Shown one piece after another: positions 23,856 to 36,750 of a stretch of 64,000 nt of DNA (position 1 is the stretch's first letter; each line of letters begins with the position of its first letter). A program made the position numbers and the translations under genes. The notes under the pieces are model-generated. The model worked only from the letters and a program-made list of their open reading frames with translations. It was not told the origin of the DNA and ran no database searches. The stretch comes from the human T2T-CHM13v2.0 reference genome, Homo sapiens: assembly GCF_009914755.1 (NCBI RefSeq), contig NC_060925.1; one strand, written 5' to 3'.

Positions 23856-25039
23856 TGTCTCTTTCTGTGCTCTCAGCACAGAAAACAATGTCCAGCATGT
23901 ATTTGCTAAGTGGATGAACCAATCTCAAAATCCAACAACACTGATCATTTTCCACCTCCAAGTGCTTGCTATTACCCGTGCTCTAGCCAGAATTATCCTT
24001 CACAGAGTCACATTGACCTGTTGGTCCATGATGTTTATATAAATGATCTTAGATCATGTGAGTGTTCTCTGGCCTCACTGACTGTGAGCTTCACGCAGGG
24101 CAAAGCTATATTTCCTTCGCTTCTCCCCTCAAGGTTATCTGTACTTGACACATAGTAGGCGATCAGTTTACCATGTAAGTCACACTTCTAGTAATAAACC
24201 ACCTGGACCAACACAAAGGGAATAATAAAGGAGGCCCTTGAATAATTCAACAAACAGCCTGTGGAATCCAGGTGCCTCACACAAAAGTTATACAACTCCT
24301 GTTGGCTGAAACTCAAAGGAAACACAGAAAATGGAAAACCACAAAATGTCTCTGCATAAAGATTAAAATCTCCTGGTGATAAAGCAGCCTCATGTATCAG
24401 AGTCAGAGTCAAGAGGAAATAAGAAAATCCAGAAAGTAAATTGGAATTAGGTCAGAAGGAATGGGGTGGAATCACAGTGAAAATACTAGTCCACAAGAAG
24501 AAAATAGAAAGATAGCAGCAAGTCAGAAGGAAGCTGATTGCATGTTCCCTAGGAAACGGGATCGAAGCTTTCCTGGCCTTACCTTTAGGTAGTCATGCAG
24601 GATTTGTGGTAGAGAGGAAGCCTTTGGCAGGGCTCAAAGCAAGGAGACCCCCACTGAAGAGGACAAGTAGTAAAGAATGGCCTATAAGCCCCAGGACACA
24701 CATTTGTGTTGGTGGTGCTGTTTGTTTATACACTCTTCAGTGTGGCCATTACTCGGCTCCCAGACACTCTCTCTTTGAAGTCCAGACATTCCCATCTATG
24801 CATGAAACAGAATGATATAACTGTCCCCATGTGTCTCTGGGGTCCTTGGCCCAGTGCTGTGTGAGCAGCGATATCCACCTGACCTGTCCCCAGCAGGGTG
24901 CAGCTATCCTCTCTTTGCATGCCTACTTGATCTCGGTCAATCCCAGAATCCAGGCTGCAAGGTGGTTCATGGGGTAGTTCGCTTAAGCGAGAAAGACCCC
25001 TAAGCCAAGGAGAAAGGTGCCATTTCCTTTTCTGGATAC

Positions 25040-25404
25040 TGTAATAGTCTGTTCTCACCCGGCTAATAAAGACACACCCAAGACTGAGTAATTTATAAAG
25101 AAATAAGAGATTTAATGGAGTCACAGTTCCACATGGCTGGGGAGGCCTCATAATCATGGAGGAAGGTGGAAGGCATGGCTTACATGGCAGCAGGCAAGAG
25201 AAGTGCCAGCAGGAGAAATGCCAGACAATGCTTATAAAACCGTCAGCTCTCATGAGAACTCATTCACTATTACTGCTCTCATGACAACAGTGTGGGGAAC
25301 CACCCCCATGATTCAATGATCTGTACCTGGCCCCGACCTTGACACAGAGGATCATTGTAATTCAAGGTGAGATTTGGGTGGGCACACAGAGCCAAACCAT
25401 ATCA
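25040..25404 (-). mobile_element. THE1C-like solo LTR
   Basis: tgtaatagtctgttctcac...gagccaaaccatatca; TSD gatac/gatgc. Confidence 0.9.
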
Positions 25405-25614
25405 GATGCTTTGCCTAAATGTTGAAGTGCCCTCAGGTTTGACCCCAAAGGCCCTTCCTGGCTCAACCAAACCTTCTTTCTGTGAGATCCAATCCAGCCC
25501 TCTAGGCCACTAACCCCCACTGTAACCTGTGGGCTCCATACCTCTCCTGAGCCCCAGAGTTATAGTCAACTGTCTCCTCCCGCAGCCACTCGGGTACCTG
25601 CTATGAAGTTTATA

Positions 25615-25728
25615 TTTTTATTTTATTTACCTATTTGTTTTAATTTCAACTTTTATTTTACACACAGGGGCTGTTTGTACAGATTTGCTACCTGGGAATA
25701 TTGCATGAGGCTGGGGTTTGGAGTACGG
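25615..25728 (-). mobile_element. Short L1PA/PB 3'-terminal fragment between L2 remnants
   Basis: T-rich tail then atttcaacttttatttta...gatttgctacctgggaatattgcatgaggctggggtttgg. Confidence 0.7.
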
Positions 25729-26127
25729 AAGTCCGACTAGACCAAAGCCGAGGCCTCCAGTTCCCGCCTGCCCCGTGGACTCCTTCCCCATCTCCCTCGC
25801 CATGGCTCAAGCAAGTCCACAGTGGTTCAAGCAAGAACCCTGGGGGCCATCCTGGAGAAATCTCTTCTCTCTCTCCATCCCCCATACGTGATAAGTCTTT
25901 CAAAGTCCATCTAAATCTCTCTCCTCTCCCCAAGTGCAAACCCCCTTCCTGAAACCCCACCCTCTTCGGGATTCTGGCAATGGCTCCTGTCCCATGGATG
26001 CTTATTTAGCCCTCAACTGGGCTGGGAGGCAGCAGTGAGTAAAAGAGAAGCCCCTATCCTTGGGGCCCCAACCTTACAGCAGGGAGGCCAGCCATGAACA
26101 AACATTTAAGCCCATGTGCTGTGGTGA

Positions 26128-26270
26128 TAACAAAGACTCTCTGCTTGTCCAAATTCTAGCCAGGTCCTTAAACCCTCTCCTAGGCCCATCTGTGCACTTC
26201 CTTGTAAAATCCAGTTTCTTGTACAAGAACTAAAGTCTGTTGCTAAAAGAACCTCCCCTCATCCTCACCC
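26128..26270 (+). mobile_element. MER31-like ERV1 LTR 5' fragment
   Basis: taacaaagactctctgcttgtccaaattctagccagg...ctcctaggcccatctgtgcacttccttgtaaaatccagttt. Confidence 0.65.
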
Positions 26271-26364
26271 CATCCTTCCCCCACTCCCCCGCCTCCCCGT
26301 CCTCACTCTATTCTCAACCCATCCTCACCCCAGCCCCATCCTATCTTCACCCCATCCCCTGGGC

Positions 26365-26695
26365 TTATTCTTTCTCAACATTCAGGTCTTGGCTCAAATG
26401 TCCCTTCTTCAGAGAGGTTCCTTGACCTCTACCACCTCCACTTCCACCATCATGAAGCCCCATTTTATTTGTTTCACAATATCTGTCACTGCCGGGCACT
26501 TTTCTTATTGACTTCTCTGTTTAGATGTTCATTTTCTGCACCTACACCCCTGCCCCCCTGCCCTGGCCCACTGCAATGAGAACAGAGCTACCAGGACACA
26601 GCTGTTCCCTCTCAGGTTTGCCCATTTGTCCAGCATCTGGAATACGGCCTAGGCAACTGATGGGCACTTGTAAATACTTGTTAAATAAGAATGCT
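26365..26695 (+). mobile_element. L2 LINE 3' end
   Basis: ttcaggtcttggctcaaatgtcccttcttcagagaggttccttgacc...taaatacttgttaaataagaatg. Confidence 0.7.
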
Positions 26696-27333
26696 TGAAA
26701 ACGAGTAAGTGGCCATATCTCCAGAGAACACCACTGGCTCTGAGGGACTGCTTAGGCCAATTGCAGTTTCTATTTGCCAGCGTGTGATTTTCTGAAAAGC
26801 AAGAGAGTCCAGATGGCAGGTAAAGTAAAAACCAATACCTTCCTGCTGGTCAGAAATGAAGGCGCTCCACTGATCAGCAGGGCACACACAAGGCATCAAC
26901 AGAGATGCCAAAATCAAAATAAGTTGCCCGGGAAATGCAAGCTTGGCTGCCTGTGGCCAGAGGGGAGCTGGGGGAACCCACATGAGTCTCCTCACCTGGC
27001 ACCCGTCCTCTGGTCTGCTGCTGGATCACTAGGCTGCAGCCGTTCCTTGGGACAGCTCTCCAAAGCTCTCAGGGAAAAACGATATTGGCCACAGAAGAGC
27101 AACTCATCCTGGCCTGCTCTGAGAGCCTTGATAACGTGTCTCTGTCCAGGGGCTGCCTTGGACAGCTTCCAAGACAAAGAGTCCCAAGGAAGGAGGACCA
27201 CGCTTGAGCCCTGGCATAGCTACAAAAAAAAAAAATATCTAACGAGCAGAACCAGACAGTGCCCTTGGTGGCTGCAGGACGGGGATGGTGAAAGCTCTCG
27301 ACCGACCTCCATGCACTTCTCCCACTGGGGTGG

Positions 27334-27669
27334 TGTAATAGCTTGGGGGCCATAGCAAAATGCCAGACTGAGCGGCTAAATACAGGCCGGAGACCAGAAG
27401 TCCAGGTCGAAGGGATATTGGGACCAGTGTCTAGTGAGGCATCTCCCTTTGGTTTGCAGATGGCTGCTTTCTCTGTGACCTCACATGGCAGACAGAGGGG
27501 ATCTCTGGTGTCTCTTTCTCTTTTTAGGATCCTAGTCCCATCAGATCAAGGCCCCATCCCATGACCTCTTCTAACCTTAATTATCTAAAGGCCCTACCTC
27601 CAAAAACAGTCTCACTGGGAATTAGGGCTTCTACGGGAATTTGCAGGAGACACAGTTCAGTCCATAGCA
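27334..27669 (-). mobile_element. MLT1A/MLT1A0-like solo LTR
   Basis: tttgcagatggctgctttctctgtgacctcacatggcaga, terminal cagttcagtccatagca; TSD ggtgg/ggtag. Confidence 0.8.
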
Positions 27670-28905
27670 GGTAGCTCCCTGTATCACCCATGGGCACTCT
27701 GACTCTTATTTATTTTCTAGCGAGCAGACCCTTCTCCCCAGTGTCCAAAGAAAAGCCCCCCACTCACATGAGGAAACAGAGGCCTGAGAAAAAGAGGCCA
27801 AATGAATTGAGGGCTCAAGTGATGTTGAAGGGTTGACAGTGTAGGTAGGAGGAAGGGCGCCAGACGCAGATAGTGATGTCACTCATGGATTGGTGACACT
27901 CTGTGCTGGGAGCTGTGCAAAACCCAAGGGCTGCAAATGGGACCAGGATGCTGTCACCGCCCTGAGGCACTTACTGCTTGAGAGGGAGGCCAATCACAAG
28001 GGCCCATCCAGACATCTCCCAGCCCAGTGTTGCCCAGAGACACAGGGGAATCTCCCAGGGTCTGGTCCAAGGCCATGAGACCCCTTAGGAGTAAGTGGGT
28101 TGGTTGTACATCTGTTCACTCGGGAAGAGAAGCCAGGAGTCCTCGTGTGAATCCCTGAACATGGCAATGGTAGGCCAGCATCCTCCCGTGGGAAACGAGA
28201 GACAGAACACAGCCTGAGCAGGGAAGGCCATGGTCCTACGCACTTTGAAGAAAACTCATGCGAGCAGCCGGAGAGCAGCAGCTCAGACACATCAGGGCTC
28301 CCAGCACCAGCAGCAGCAGCCCTGCCTCTCAGGTTGTCCCCTCTCACCCCTCTGGACACCTTGCACACCGCCCGAAGCACAGCCCCACTCCCCAGTGCAA
28401 AGGCCAATCTGCCCAGGTGTGCTGCCAGTCAAGGTCAGGGAGGAAGGGCAGGGCGGGGCCTCCTTAGCCAGGCTTGAGGGCTGATATCCTCAACCAGAAA
28501 CCACTTGCCAGCACGGGCACTGGGCAGCTGCAGCCCACAGTTGGCCAGGCCTGGGTTGAGAGGGTCCTCCGGGACCATGCAGATCAGGCTGGGCTGAAGG
28601 ACCCACCTGCTTCCTCTCCCCTCTGGAGTGGGCTGTTGCCTGTCCCTGCACCCATTCCCTCTCCAGGCATCAGGCTGGAGCCCCTGTAGTAACAGTGACA
28701 GACCACAACTCTCCTCAGAAAAGCTCTGTCCAAGGTGCCTCCACAGCTGCCAGCAAATGCTGGCCAGGGTCTCTCCAGGAGACGTCGGCTCCTCCAAATG
28801 AAGACCCCCACACTGCCTCAGGTTTTTAAGCCCCCAAACCCACTTTTATTCTACCTCCTGAGACTCCCAAGAAGCTGAGGGAACAACACACACTGTCCTA
28901 CTGCA

Positions 28906-29520
28906 TCACCCCCTAGGGACCACATTCCACCCTGGTCACCCCCCTACCAGGGACCACATTCCACCCTGGTCACCCCCCAACCAGGGACCACATTCCACCC
29001 CGGTTACCCCATGGGGACTACATTCCAACCTGGTCACACCCCCAAGGACCACATTCTAACCTGGTCACCCCCCTGGGCCACATTCTAACCTGGTCACCAC
29101 CCCCCACCCAGGGACCACATTCCACCCCAGTCACCTCCATGGGACCACATTCTAACCTGGTCACCCCCCTGGGATCACATTCTAACCTGGTCACACATTC
29201 CACCCTGGTCACCCCCCTGGGCCACATTCTAACCTGGCCACCACCCCAGGGACCACATTCCAACCTGGTCACCTCCCAGGGACCACATTCCACTTCGGTC
29301 ACCTCCCAGGGACCACATTCCACCTCGGTCACCTCCCAGGGACCACATTCCACCTCGGTCACCTCCCAGGGACCACATTCCACCTCGGTCACCTCCCAGG
29401 GACCACATTCCACCTCGGTCACCTCCCTGGGACCACATTCTAACCTGGTCAGCCCCCAAGGGACCACATTCCACCCTGGCCACCCCCGGGGACTATATTC
29501 TAACCTGGTCACCCTCCAAA
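28906..29520. repeat. ~30-bp GC-rich minisatellite (VNTR), about 20 copies
   Basis: Consensus gggaccacattccacctcggtcacctccca; three identical units 29311-29400 with diverged units toward both edges. Confidence 0.97.
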
Positions 29521-30384
29521 ACCTCATCCCTCATCAATCACCACCCCCCCCCCAGGAGCCCACCTCACACTGGTCATCCCCATTAAAGCCCCCATCCCAC
29601 CACAGTCACCCCCTCCTTAGTCCCCACCCAGACTCTGAGTTGGGCGGTCCCTCTGCCTGATCTCTGCCCACACTCCCTTTCCTTCCTATTCCTCTAATTC
29701 TCGTTATTCCTCAACCTCACTGAGACTTCTAGGCCTGGCCCCCCATTGCCTCCCAATTGCCCCCTGTCTTCAATCTCCACTCAGCCCAGCCTAAACTTCA
29801 TGGAACTTCACTTCAATCTCTTTCTCACCCACACTGAACTCCTATGTGCACCTGTGATGATTTATTTACGTGTCATCTTGACTGGATTATGGGATACCTG
29901 GGTAGCTGGCGAAGCATGATTTCTGGGTGTGTCTGTGAGGGTGGTTCCAGGAGAGATTAGCATTTGCATCAGTGGCCTGAGTAAGGAAGACCCACCTCCA
30001 CCCATGTAAGTGGGCAGCAGTCAATGGACAAAGGGCCCAGAGAGAACAAAGTGGTAGAGGAAAGGAGAATTTGCTCTCTTTCTTATGGAGCTGGGACGGT
30101 TTTTTCTCCCTGCCTTTGGACATCAAAACACCAGGCTCTTCAGCCTTTGGACTCTGGGACTTGCACCAGCTCCCCTCAGCCCCACTGGGTTCTCAGGCGT
30201 TCTGTCTTGTACAGAGAATTACAGCATCAGCTTCCCTGGCTCTGAGGCTTGCAGACTCAGACTGAGCCACACTACAGGCTTCTGTGGCTCTCCAGCATGC
30301 AGACGACCTGTGGTGAGACTTCTCAGCCTCCGTGATCACATGTGCCAATTCTCCTAGTAAACCCCTCTCATCTATCTACAGATA

Positions 30385-30718
30385 GGGTCGGCCCTCCATA
30401 TCTGTGGGTTCTGCATCCATGGACTCAATCAACGGCAGATTGAAAATATTTTTAAAAATCGTGTCTGTACTGAAGATGTACAGACTTTTTATCTTGTCAT
30501 TTTGTTCTAAACAATATAGGATACCAACTATTTACATATTATTTACATTGCATTAGGTATTATAAGTAACCTAGAGATTATTTAAAGTATACAGGAGGAT
30601 GTGCATAGGTTATACACAAATACTATGCCATTTTATATCAGTCACTTAAACATCTAGGAGTTTTTGTATCTGCAGGAGGTCCTAGAACCAATCCCCTTCA
30701 GAAACCAGGGGACAACCA
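30385..30718 (-). mobile_element. MER2 (Tigger-type DNA transposon derivative)
   Basis: gtcggccctccatatctgtgggttctgcatcc...gtcctagaaccaatcccc...ggggacaacca; preceded by TA. Confidence 0.88.
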
Positions 30719-30745
30719 GATAGATAGATAGATGGATAGATAGAT

Positions 30746-30786
<41 letters not shown>

Positions 30787-31375
30787 GGGTGGATGGATCT
30801 ATAGATGATAGATAGATAGATTGGATAGATAGATAGATAGATAGATGATAGGTAGATGATAGACAGACAGACAACAGGTAGGTAGATGATAGATAGATAG
30901 ATAGATAGATAGATAATGAATAGATAGATAATGAATAGATAGATAATAGATGATAGATAATAGATGGATAGATAGATAGGATAATAGATAATAGATGATA
31001 GATAGATAATGGATAGATAATGATAGATAACAGATGGATAGATAGAAGATAATAGATAATAGACAGATGATAGATAGATAATGGGTAGCTTGGTAATGGA
31101 TAGAGAGATAGAGAGAGAGAGAATAGATAGATAATGGATAGAGAGAGATAGATAATGAATAAATAGATAATGGATAGATGATAACAGATAATAGACAGAT
31201 AATGGTAGATAGATAGATAATAGATGATAGATGATGTATAGACAGATAATAGATAAATAGATGATAGATAAAGATAGATGATAGATGGGTAATAGATCAA
31301 CAGATGACAGATAATAGAAGATAATAGATGATAGATCAATAATAGATAGATACATAGATGATAAATAGATATAGA
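30719..31375. repeat. ~650 bp (GATA)n-derived array
   Basis: gatagatagata runs with gatg/gaca/ataat interruptions. Confidence 0.97.
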
Positions 31376-32362
31376 TTCTATTGGTTCTGTTTCTCTAGAG
31401 GACCCTGATGAATACAGCACCATTAGACCCTCTCTGCAAAACTCCAGCTTGGGTCGGAACTGCACTTCCGCCCTCCTGATGCCTCACTGGCTGCTGAGCA
31501 CTAGGCATTGGTCCAAGGACCCGCTTGAGTCCCATCTCTTGAGGCCTTCTACGTTCCCATGCCTCTGTGCTTTGGGCTGCTCTCTCTCCCATTCCAACAC
31601 TGGTTCTAATCTCCAGTCCCCTAAGTTCCTTTTTGGAGTCTGAATCCAAGTTTCCAGGAACATAAAAAATAATCTCAAACTAACCAAGCATCCTAGAGGT
31701 GGCCTGCTCCCAGGAAACAAGAAGCCTCTAATGAAATAAAGGAAACTTTTCAAAGTGAAAAGAGTTAGAATGTACTTAATGTGCAGATGGTAGACATCCG
31801 ATAGGAAAACAATGTCAGGGCTAATGATAAGCGGAGGAGGAAGCACTATGCAAATCCTGGTTATTAAAGCCCCTCATTAATCTCAGTGTTATGCACACCA
31901 CTTGCAAGCCGTGTGTCTGAACTCCGTCAGAAAAATGCACACACGAGCAGTATGGTTTCTGCTGGGATTCTCTTTGGAAAATCAAGGAAAGGTCAAGTTC
32001 CAAGCTGGAAGCTATTAGTTATTAGACTTTTGCTTTTCTTTTGGAGGGGATTGATCAATACTGCCTGTTTTTGCAAGGCCTTAGACACGTGGCAAAGCTT
32101 CCCATTATCACAAGCATATGGGTTGGACCTCATGTCACAGGTGTGGCATGCGGGGCTGGGTTCTTGACATTCTGATTCAGGAGATGAGCAACCTACAGAA
32201 AGGGAAGTGAGTTGTGTAAGATCAAACAGCTGGTTCACCTGAAGGCAAGCCTAGGATGGGGCAGCGTCCACTGATTCTCTAAAGTCCTCTCTCCAGATAA
32301 GAATACTAGTGACAACACCCCAAGGTGCCTGACACCTCCTCTGGGGCCTGCCAAACACTACC

Positions 32363-32569
32363 CAGGGTTTCTCCGTCCCCACACTGTTGACAGTGTGGAC
32401 CGGATGGTCCTGCACTCTGGGGCTGGCCTGTGCACTATTGGCAATCCTGGCCTCTACCTACTAAGTGCTCATATTCCTCCACTCCCTAGGTGTTGTGACA
32501 ACCAAAAGTGTCTCCAGACATGGCCAAATGTCCCCTCGGGGGAGTTCTTGCCACTTAGAAATGCCACTT
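32363..32569 (-). mobile_element. MER20 (hAT-Charlie)
   Basis: cagggtttctc start; gttgtgacaaccaaaagtgtctccagacatggccaaatgtcccct. Confidence 0.85.
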
Positions 32570-33237
32570 TACCTGTAAGCCCATTTTGATCATAACCCCT
32601 CATTACTCTTTTCATGAGAACAAAACTGCCCTGAGACACGAAGAAATATACTCAGAGAAGTATCCTTGATTTCTGTGGGCAGACTTCTCTGAATTTGATA
32701 ATGAACTTGAATCAGTGGAAAAGTGGGGTAGGGAAAAGGGATAAATTCAGAACCATAGCTCAATGGTGACAATCAGAAACGGCCATGGTAACTTTCTCCA
32801 CATCCCACCCAACAAGACAGACCAGCAGATGAGCAATACTGAGTGCATCACTCAGCATCACCCAGACCTGAGGGAATGGCCCAGCCCAGGGCCTCAGCTG
32901 ATGGTCTTCAGTACTTCAAGCAGAACAAGGGCACCATTCCTCCTGCCCTCTCCCAGCAGCTGTGCCTGGAGCCAGCAGCTGTGCCTGGCTGTGCCTGGAG
33001 CCAGCGGCTGGATGGGACAGAGCCCTGGCTGGGACCCAGCAGTGCCTTCCTCTAGGACACAAGCTTGTAGCAGGAGGGTGCATGGAGGGCACATGGGTGC
33101 ATGGTGGGTGCTCAGTGAGGCCCCTGAAGCAGAAGCCAAAAAGAGTCCTACCACCATATTCCCTCATGGAAAGTGTGGAAGGCCAGCTGCCTTCCCTTAT
33201 GGGAAAGCATGTGTGTTTGTGTGTGTGAGTACTCCCT

Positions 33238-33610
33238 TGATATGGTCTGCCTTTGTGTACCCACCGAAATCTCATCTTGAATTGTAATCCCATAATCCCC
33301 ATGTGTCATGGGAGGGACCCAGTTGGAGGTCATTGAATCATGGGGGTGGTTTCCCCCATGCTGTTCTCATGATAGTGAGTGAGTTCTCATGAGATCTGAT
33401 GGTTTTATAAGCGTCTGGCATTTCACCAATGAGTGGCATTGGCACTCATTCTCTCTCCTGCTGCACTGTGAAGAGGTGCCTGTTGCCAAGAGTATAAGTT
33501 TCCTGAGGCCTCCCAGGCCATCCAGAACTGTGAGTCAATTAAACCTCTTTTCTTTATAAATTACCCAGTCTGGGTATTTTTTCATAGCAGCATGAGAACA
33601 GACTAATACA
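33238..33610 (+). mobile_element. THE1C/D-like solo LTR
   Basis: tgatatggtctgcctttgtgtacccaccgaaatctcatcttgaattgtaatccc...gagaacagactaataca; TSD tccct/tcccc. Confidence 0.92.
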
Positions 33611-36009
33611 TCCCCCATCCAGAAGTTAGCTTTGTATTTCCAGAAACCAAAACTTCCAGGAAGCACTCACTGCTTCCTTTGCCAAACTTCTGGACAGGTT
33701 GTTCTCTACATCTTGTGCTCAGGCCAGCCATGCAAAGATAAACAGCATATGGCCTCTGTTTTCCAGGATGCCATGGTCCAGTGCGAGAACACATGTCCAA
33801 AAGTTGTCTTTTCTTCTGCACGTGGGTGACGGGAGGCATGCAGGAGGTATGCATGCACACTTGGAGAACAGCATTGTGCTGTCATTTGCTGCCACCCACC
33901 AGACCGCATCCTTGAGTCAGACCAATCTTATTGCCCTCTCAGGCCATTTTGTCTTCTCTGTTGCTAAAATGCAGAAGGAATTCTCCTGCTTCAGTTGTCA
34001 CAACATTCACAACATTGCAGGCATGGCCAATCTAATCTACAGGAACCACCAGAGAATGAAATTCCATGGCCATTCAAACGGATTCCAGAGCTCAGTATCA
34101 TTGCTCCTGTCAGTGTCCCTGCAAAGGGGTTTCTTACCAGGCCTTGAAAAGCAGCCACTGTGAGAAGAGGAGCACGATGTGCTGGGAGCATGTCCATCCT
34201 TCACAGACAGCAGGGGAGGGGTCTTGAGGGGTCCCCTGACCCAGCCCCACTGCTGTCCTTACCTGGGTGTCTCAGGGTACCTGCTACCCTTCACCAGATG
34301 TTTATTCCACATACAAGTCCTGGTCCCATGATGCTCCAGGGGCTATGCCAAGACTCCAAAATTAATAAGACAGAGTCCTCCTCTGACCTCACTACTGCCC
34401 TGGGTGATGCCCCCGGCTTCCAAGCAATCATCATCAGAGATGATCGTTTTCCCATTGCGTTGAGTATTTTCTTTCCCCCTCTTCCCACCTAAACTCCCAG
34501 CTCGGTGAGATAAGGGACCCTCCCTGTAACCCTAACTCCTATCACAGGGCATGTGGGGCTTAATCACTGTTAATCAAATGAATAAGTGATATATTGTCAT
34601 CCTTCTCACTGAATTATCAAGTCAAACAAGCAGATGTCTAAAATAATTGTGTAAACGGCCTTGTAACCGGGGCTCTGCAGGGAAGAGCAGGACTCAGTGA
34701 GGATGTATAACAGGGATCTACACCTGCCTGGGTCTGGGAGAGGTTTGTCTGAGAGAGCAGCCTTCACCGGAGCCATACGGAAAGTGTAGGAGTTCACTGG
34801 AGGAAGCCACATGGGCTGGGGACAGGATGGAGAGAGCAGTCCAGGACAAGAGAACGCATGAAAGAGATTTGATTCCATCTGAAGAGTGATGGAAAGCCAT
34901 CGAGAGACTCTGAACCAGGGAGGGCCCTGGGAGACTCAGAACCATGTGCCCTCTTGCCTTGGGAGGTGGGCGTCTCTCCCTGCAGGCTACCCCAGTCCAG
35001 GCAGACAGGGCAGAACTGGAAGAATCAGCTTCACTCACCATGCAACCCTGTGCCCCACTACCTGTGCTTCCCAGGTGTCATATCAAGCCAGCTGGTTGTG
35101 AAATGTCCTAGGTCAGGCAGAGTGACAATTTCACCCCAACTGAGTCCGCTCCAAAGCAGTCAGGACAGCAAATCTGCTTTCTCAATCACCACCCTGAGGC
35201 TCTGTAAGAAAGAGGCCAGCTTCTCAGCTTGCTGGTTCTTGCCTTTTAATTGCTTTTACTTCATCTGGCCGCCCTACCCTGAACATACCTTTAAAAGGTG
35301 TCAAAGCCTCTACTCCTAACCTGCTCATATACACAATGCCCCGGCTCTCAACCTCCAGCTGCGCAAGGCATGTGCATTATCTTCAGCACCTGTCACTTTC
35401 ACAGGGACATGAGCCATTGAAGGATTGATTTGGAAACCAAAATCAGCTTGGGGAAAGGGCAATTAAACTGTGGATGACGGTTTGTTGCATGTTTTCTTGC
35501 ACCTGTGGATTTGGTATAGCTTCATTCGATCCACAAATTTGAGAGTGCAAAGAGAGACTGTGCTCATTCAGACCTTAGCATTTTGATCTGAATGAAACCA
35601 ACATGATGCAGGGAAAAAACCCTCATGGGTCATACCTAGCTAGTGAAGAAACTGCCCAGTTATGCTTTTTCAGTGACCAACCAAAGGGACAGTAGAGAAG
35701 AGGCCACTCCAGGAACCAGCTGGGGAACTCTGTCCTCCCAGCTGTTTCCCCAGGTAGGTTTTCGCATAGCTGTCTTGAGTCTGGTGGCTTCTGTTGGCTA
35801 AAAATTAAGGATAAACTTTAAAACACAGTAGTGTTACACTTTATGGTACTGATTGTGTTGGGGTGGAGTTAGAAGTGGTCCAGATACCCAAGAATTAATA
35901 GCATAGTATGAATTCTGGATTCTTATCCCAACAAGGGTCACTTTTCACTCATGCAGAAGGTGTTGCTCTTTGAGTAGCTCTCTTCCTGCACGAGGCTCAC
36001 TTATCTAAA

Positions 36010-36205
36010 GACGTGGCTTCCTGGTGGCCACAGAAAGGACAGAAAGGGTTGAAGAGTGAATTAGCACTTGTACTGCCTCAGCTCAGAAGTAACACACACC
36101 CCAGTCCTCTGGTTACTTGCACAGCCCCACCTAAATGTAAGCAGCTAGGAAGCTGGTCTTCCCTGTACCCAGGAAGTCGAGGAGTACGGGAGATGGTTAA
36201 CACCG
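36010..36205 (-). mobile_element. Old MLT1 (J/K/L-like) fragment
   Basis: ctcagctcagaagtaacacaca...gccccacctaaatgtaagcagctaggaag. Confidence 0.5.
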
Positions 36206-36264
36206 TGAAGGACTGCAATGGTATCGAGAGGCTGACTCACAGAGTGAACATGCTCTTAAAAATA

Positions 36265-36750
36265 CACATCAGGTACCTACTACTGCATAACAAACCACCC
36301 ACAAATTTGGTTGTTTAGAGCAACAGCCATTTCTCAAATTCACAATTCTGCAAATTAGCAATTTAGCTCAATGAGCCGGTTCTGGTTTTGCCTGGGCTGC
36401 TTCCTGCATCTGCAGTTAGCTGCAGATCAGCTAGATGGTTCTGCTGCTGGCATTGGCTGGCTGTTGGCTATGGTGATGGGAATGACTGGGCCACTTGTCT
36501 TACCTGCTCCTGCTCTCGTAGTGAAGGCAGGGATCCCTGAGGGAGAGCAGAAACACACAAGCCTCCTTAAGGCCTAGGTTCAGAAGTAGCATGCCATCAC
36601 TTCCACCATTTTCTATTGGCCAAGGCAAGTCATAAGATCAGCCCAGATTCATAGACTCCATCTGCTGATGGGAAGAGGTGCAAAGGCACATTGCAAAGTT
36701 CCTGGACACAGTGAGGCCATTAACTGGGGCTGTCAATGCAATCTACTATG
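36265..36750 (-). mobile_element. MLT1H-like LTR
   Basis: tactgcataacaaaccaccc..., catcacttccaccattttctattggccaaggcaagtcataagatcagcccagattca. Confidence 0.8.

Larger units (their letters stand above)
29853..31416 (+). mobile_element. MLT2B-like ERVL solo LTR, interrupted by MER2 and a GATA array
   Basis: Starts tgtgatgatttatttacgtgtcatcttgactgg, ends ctattggttctgtttctctagaggaccctgatgaataca; perfect TSD gcacc at 29848-29852 and 31417-31421. Confidence 0.92.

Noticed and set aside
29018-29660. Mucin-like repeat ORF (SVTSQGPHST)n and its antisense ORF
   Set aside because: A 30-bp unit keeps frame trivially on both strands; outer units have frame-breaking indels, and there is no signal peptide or flanking mucin exon.
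30654-31465. Hydrophobic Ile/Tyr/Leu/Ser ORFs
   Set aside because: Translation of (TATC)n; not a membrane protein.
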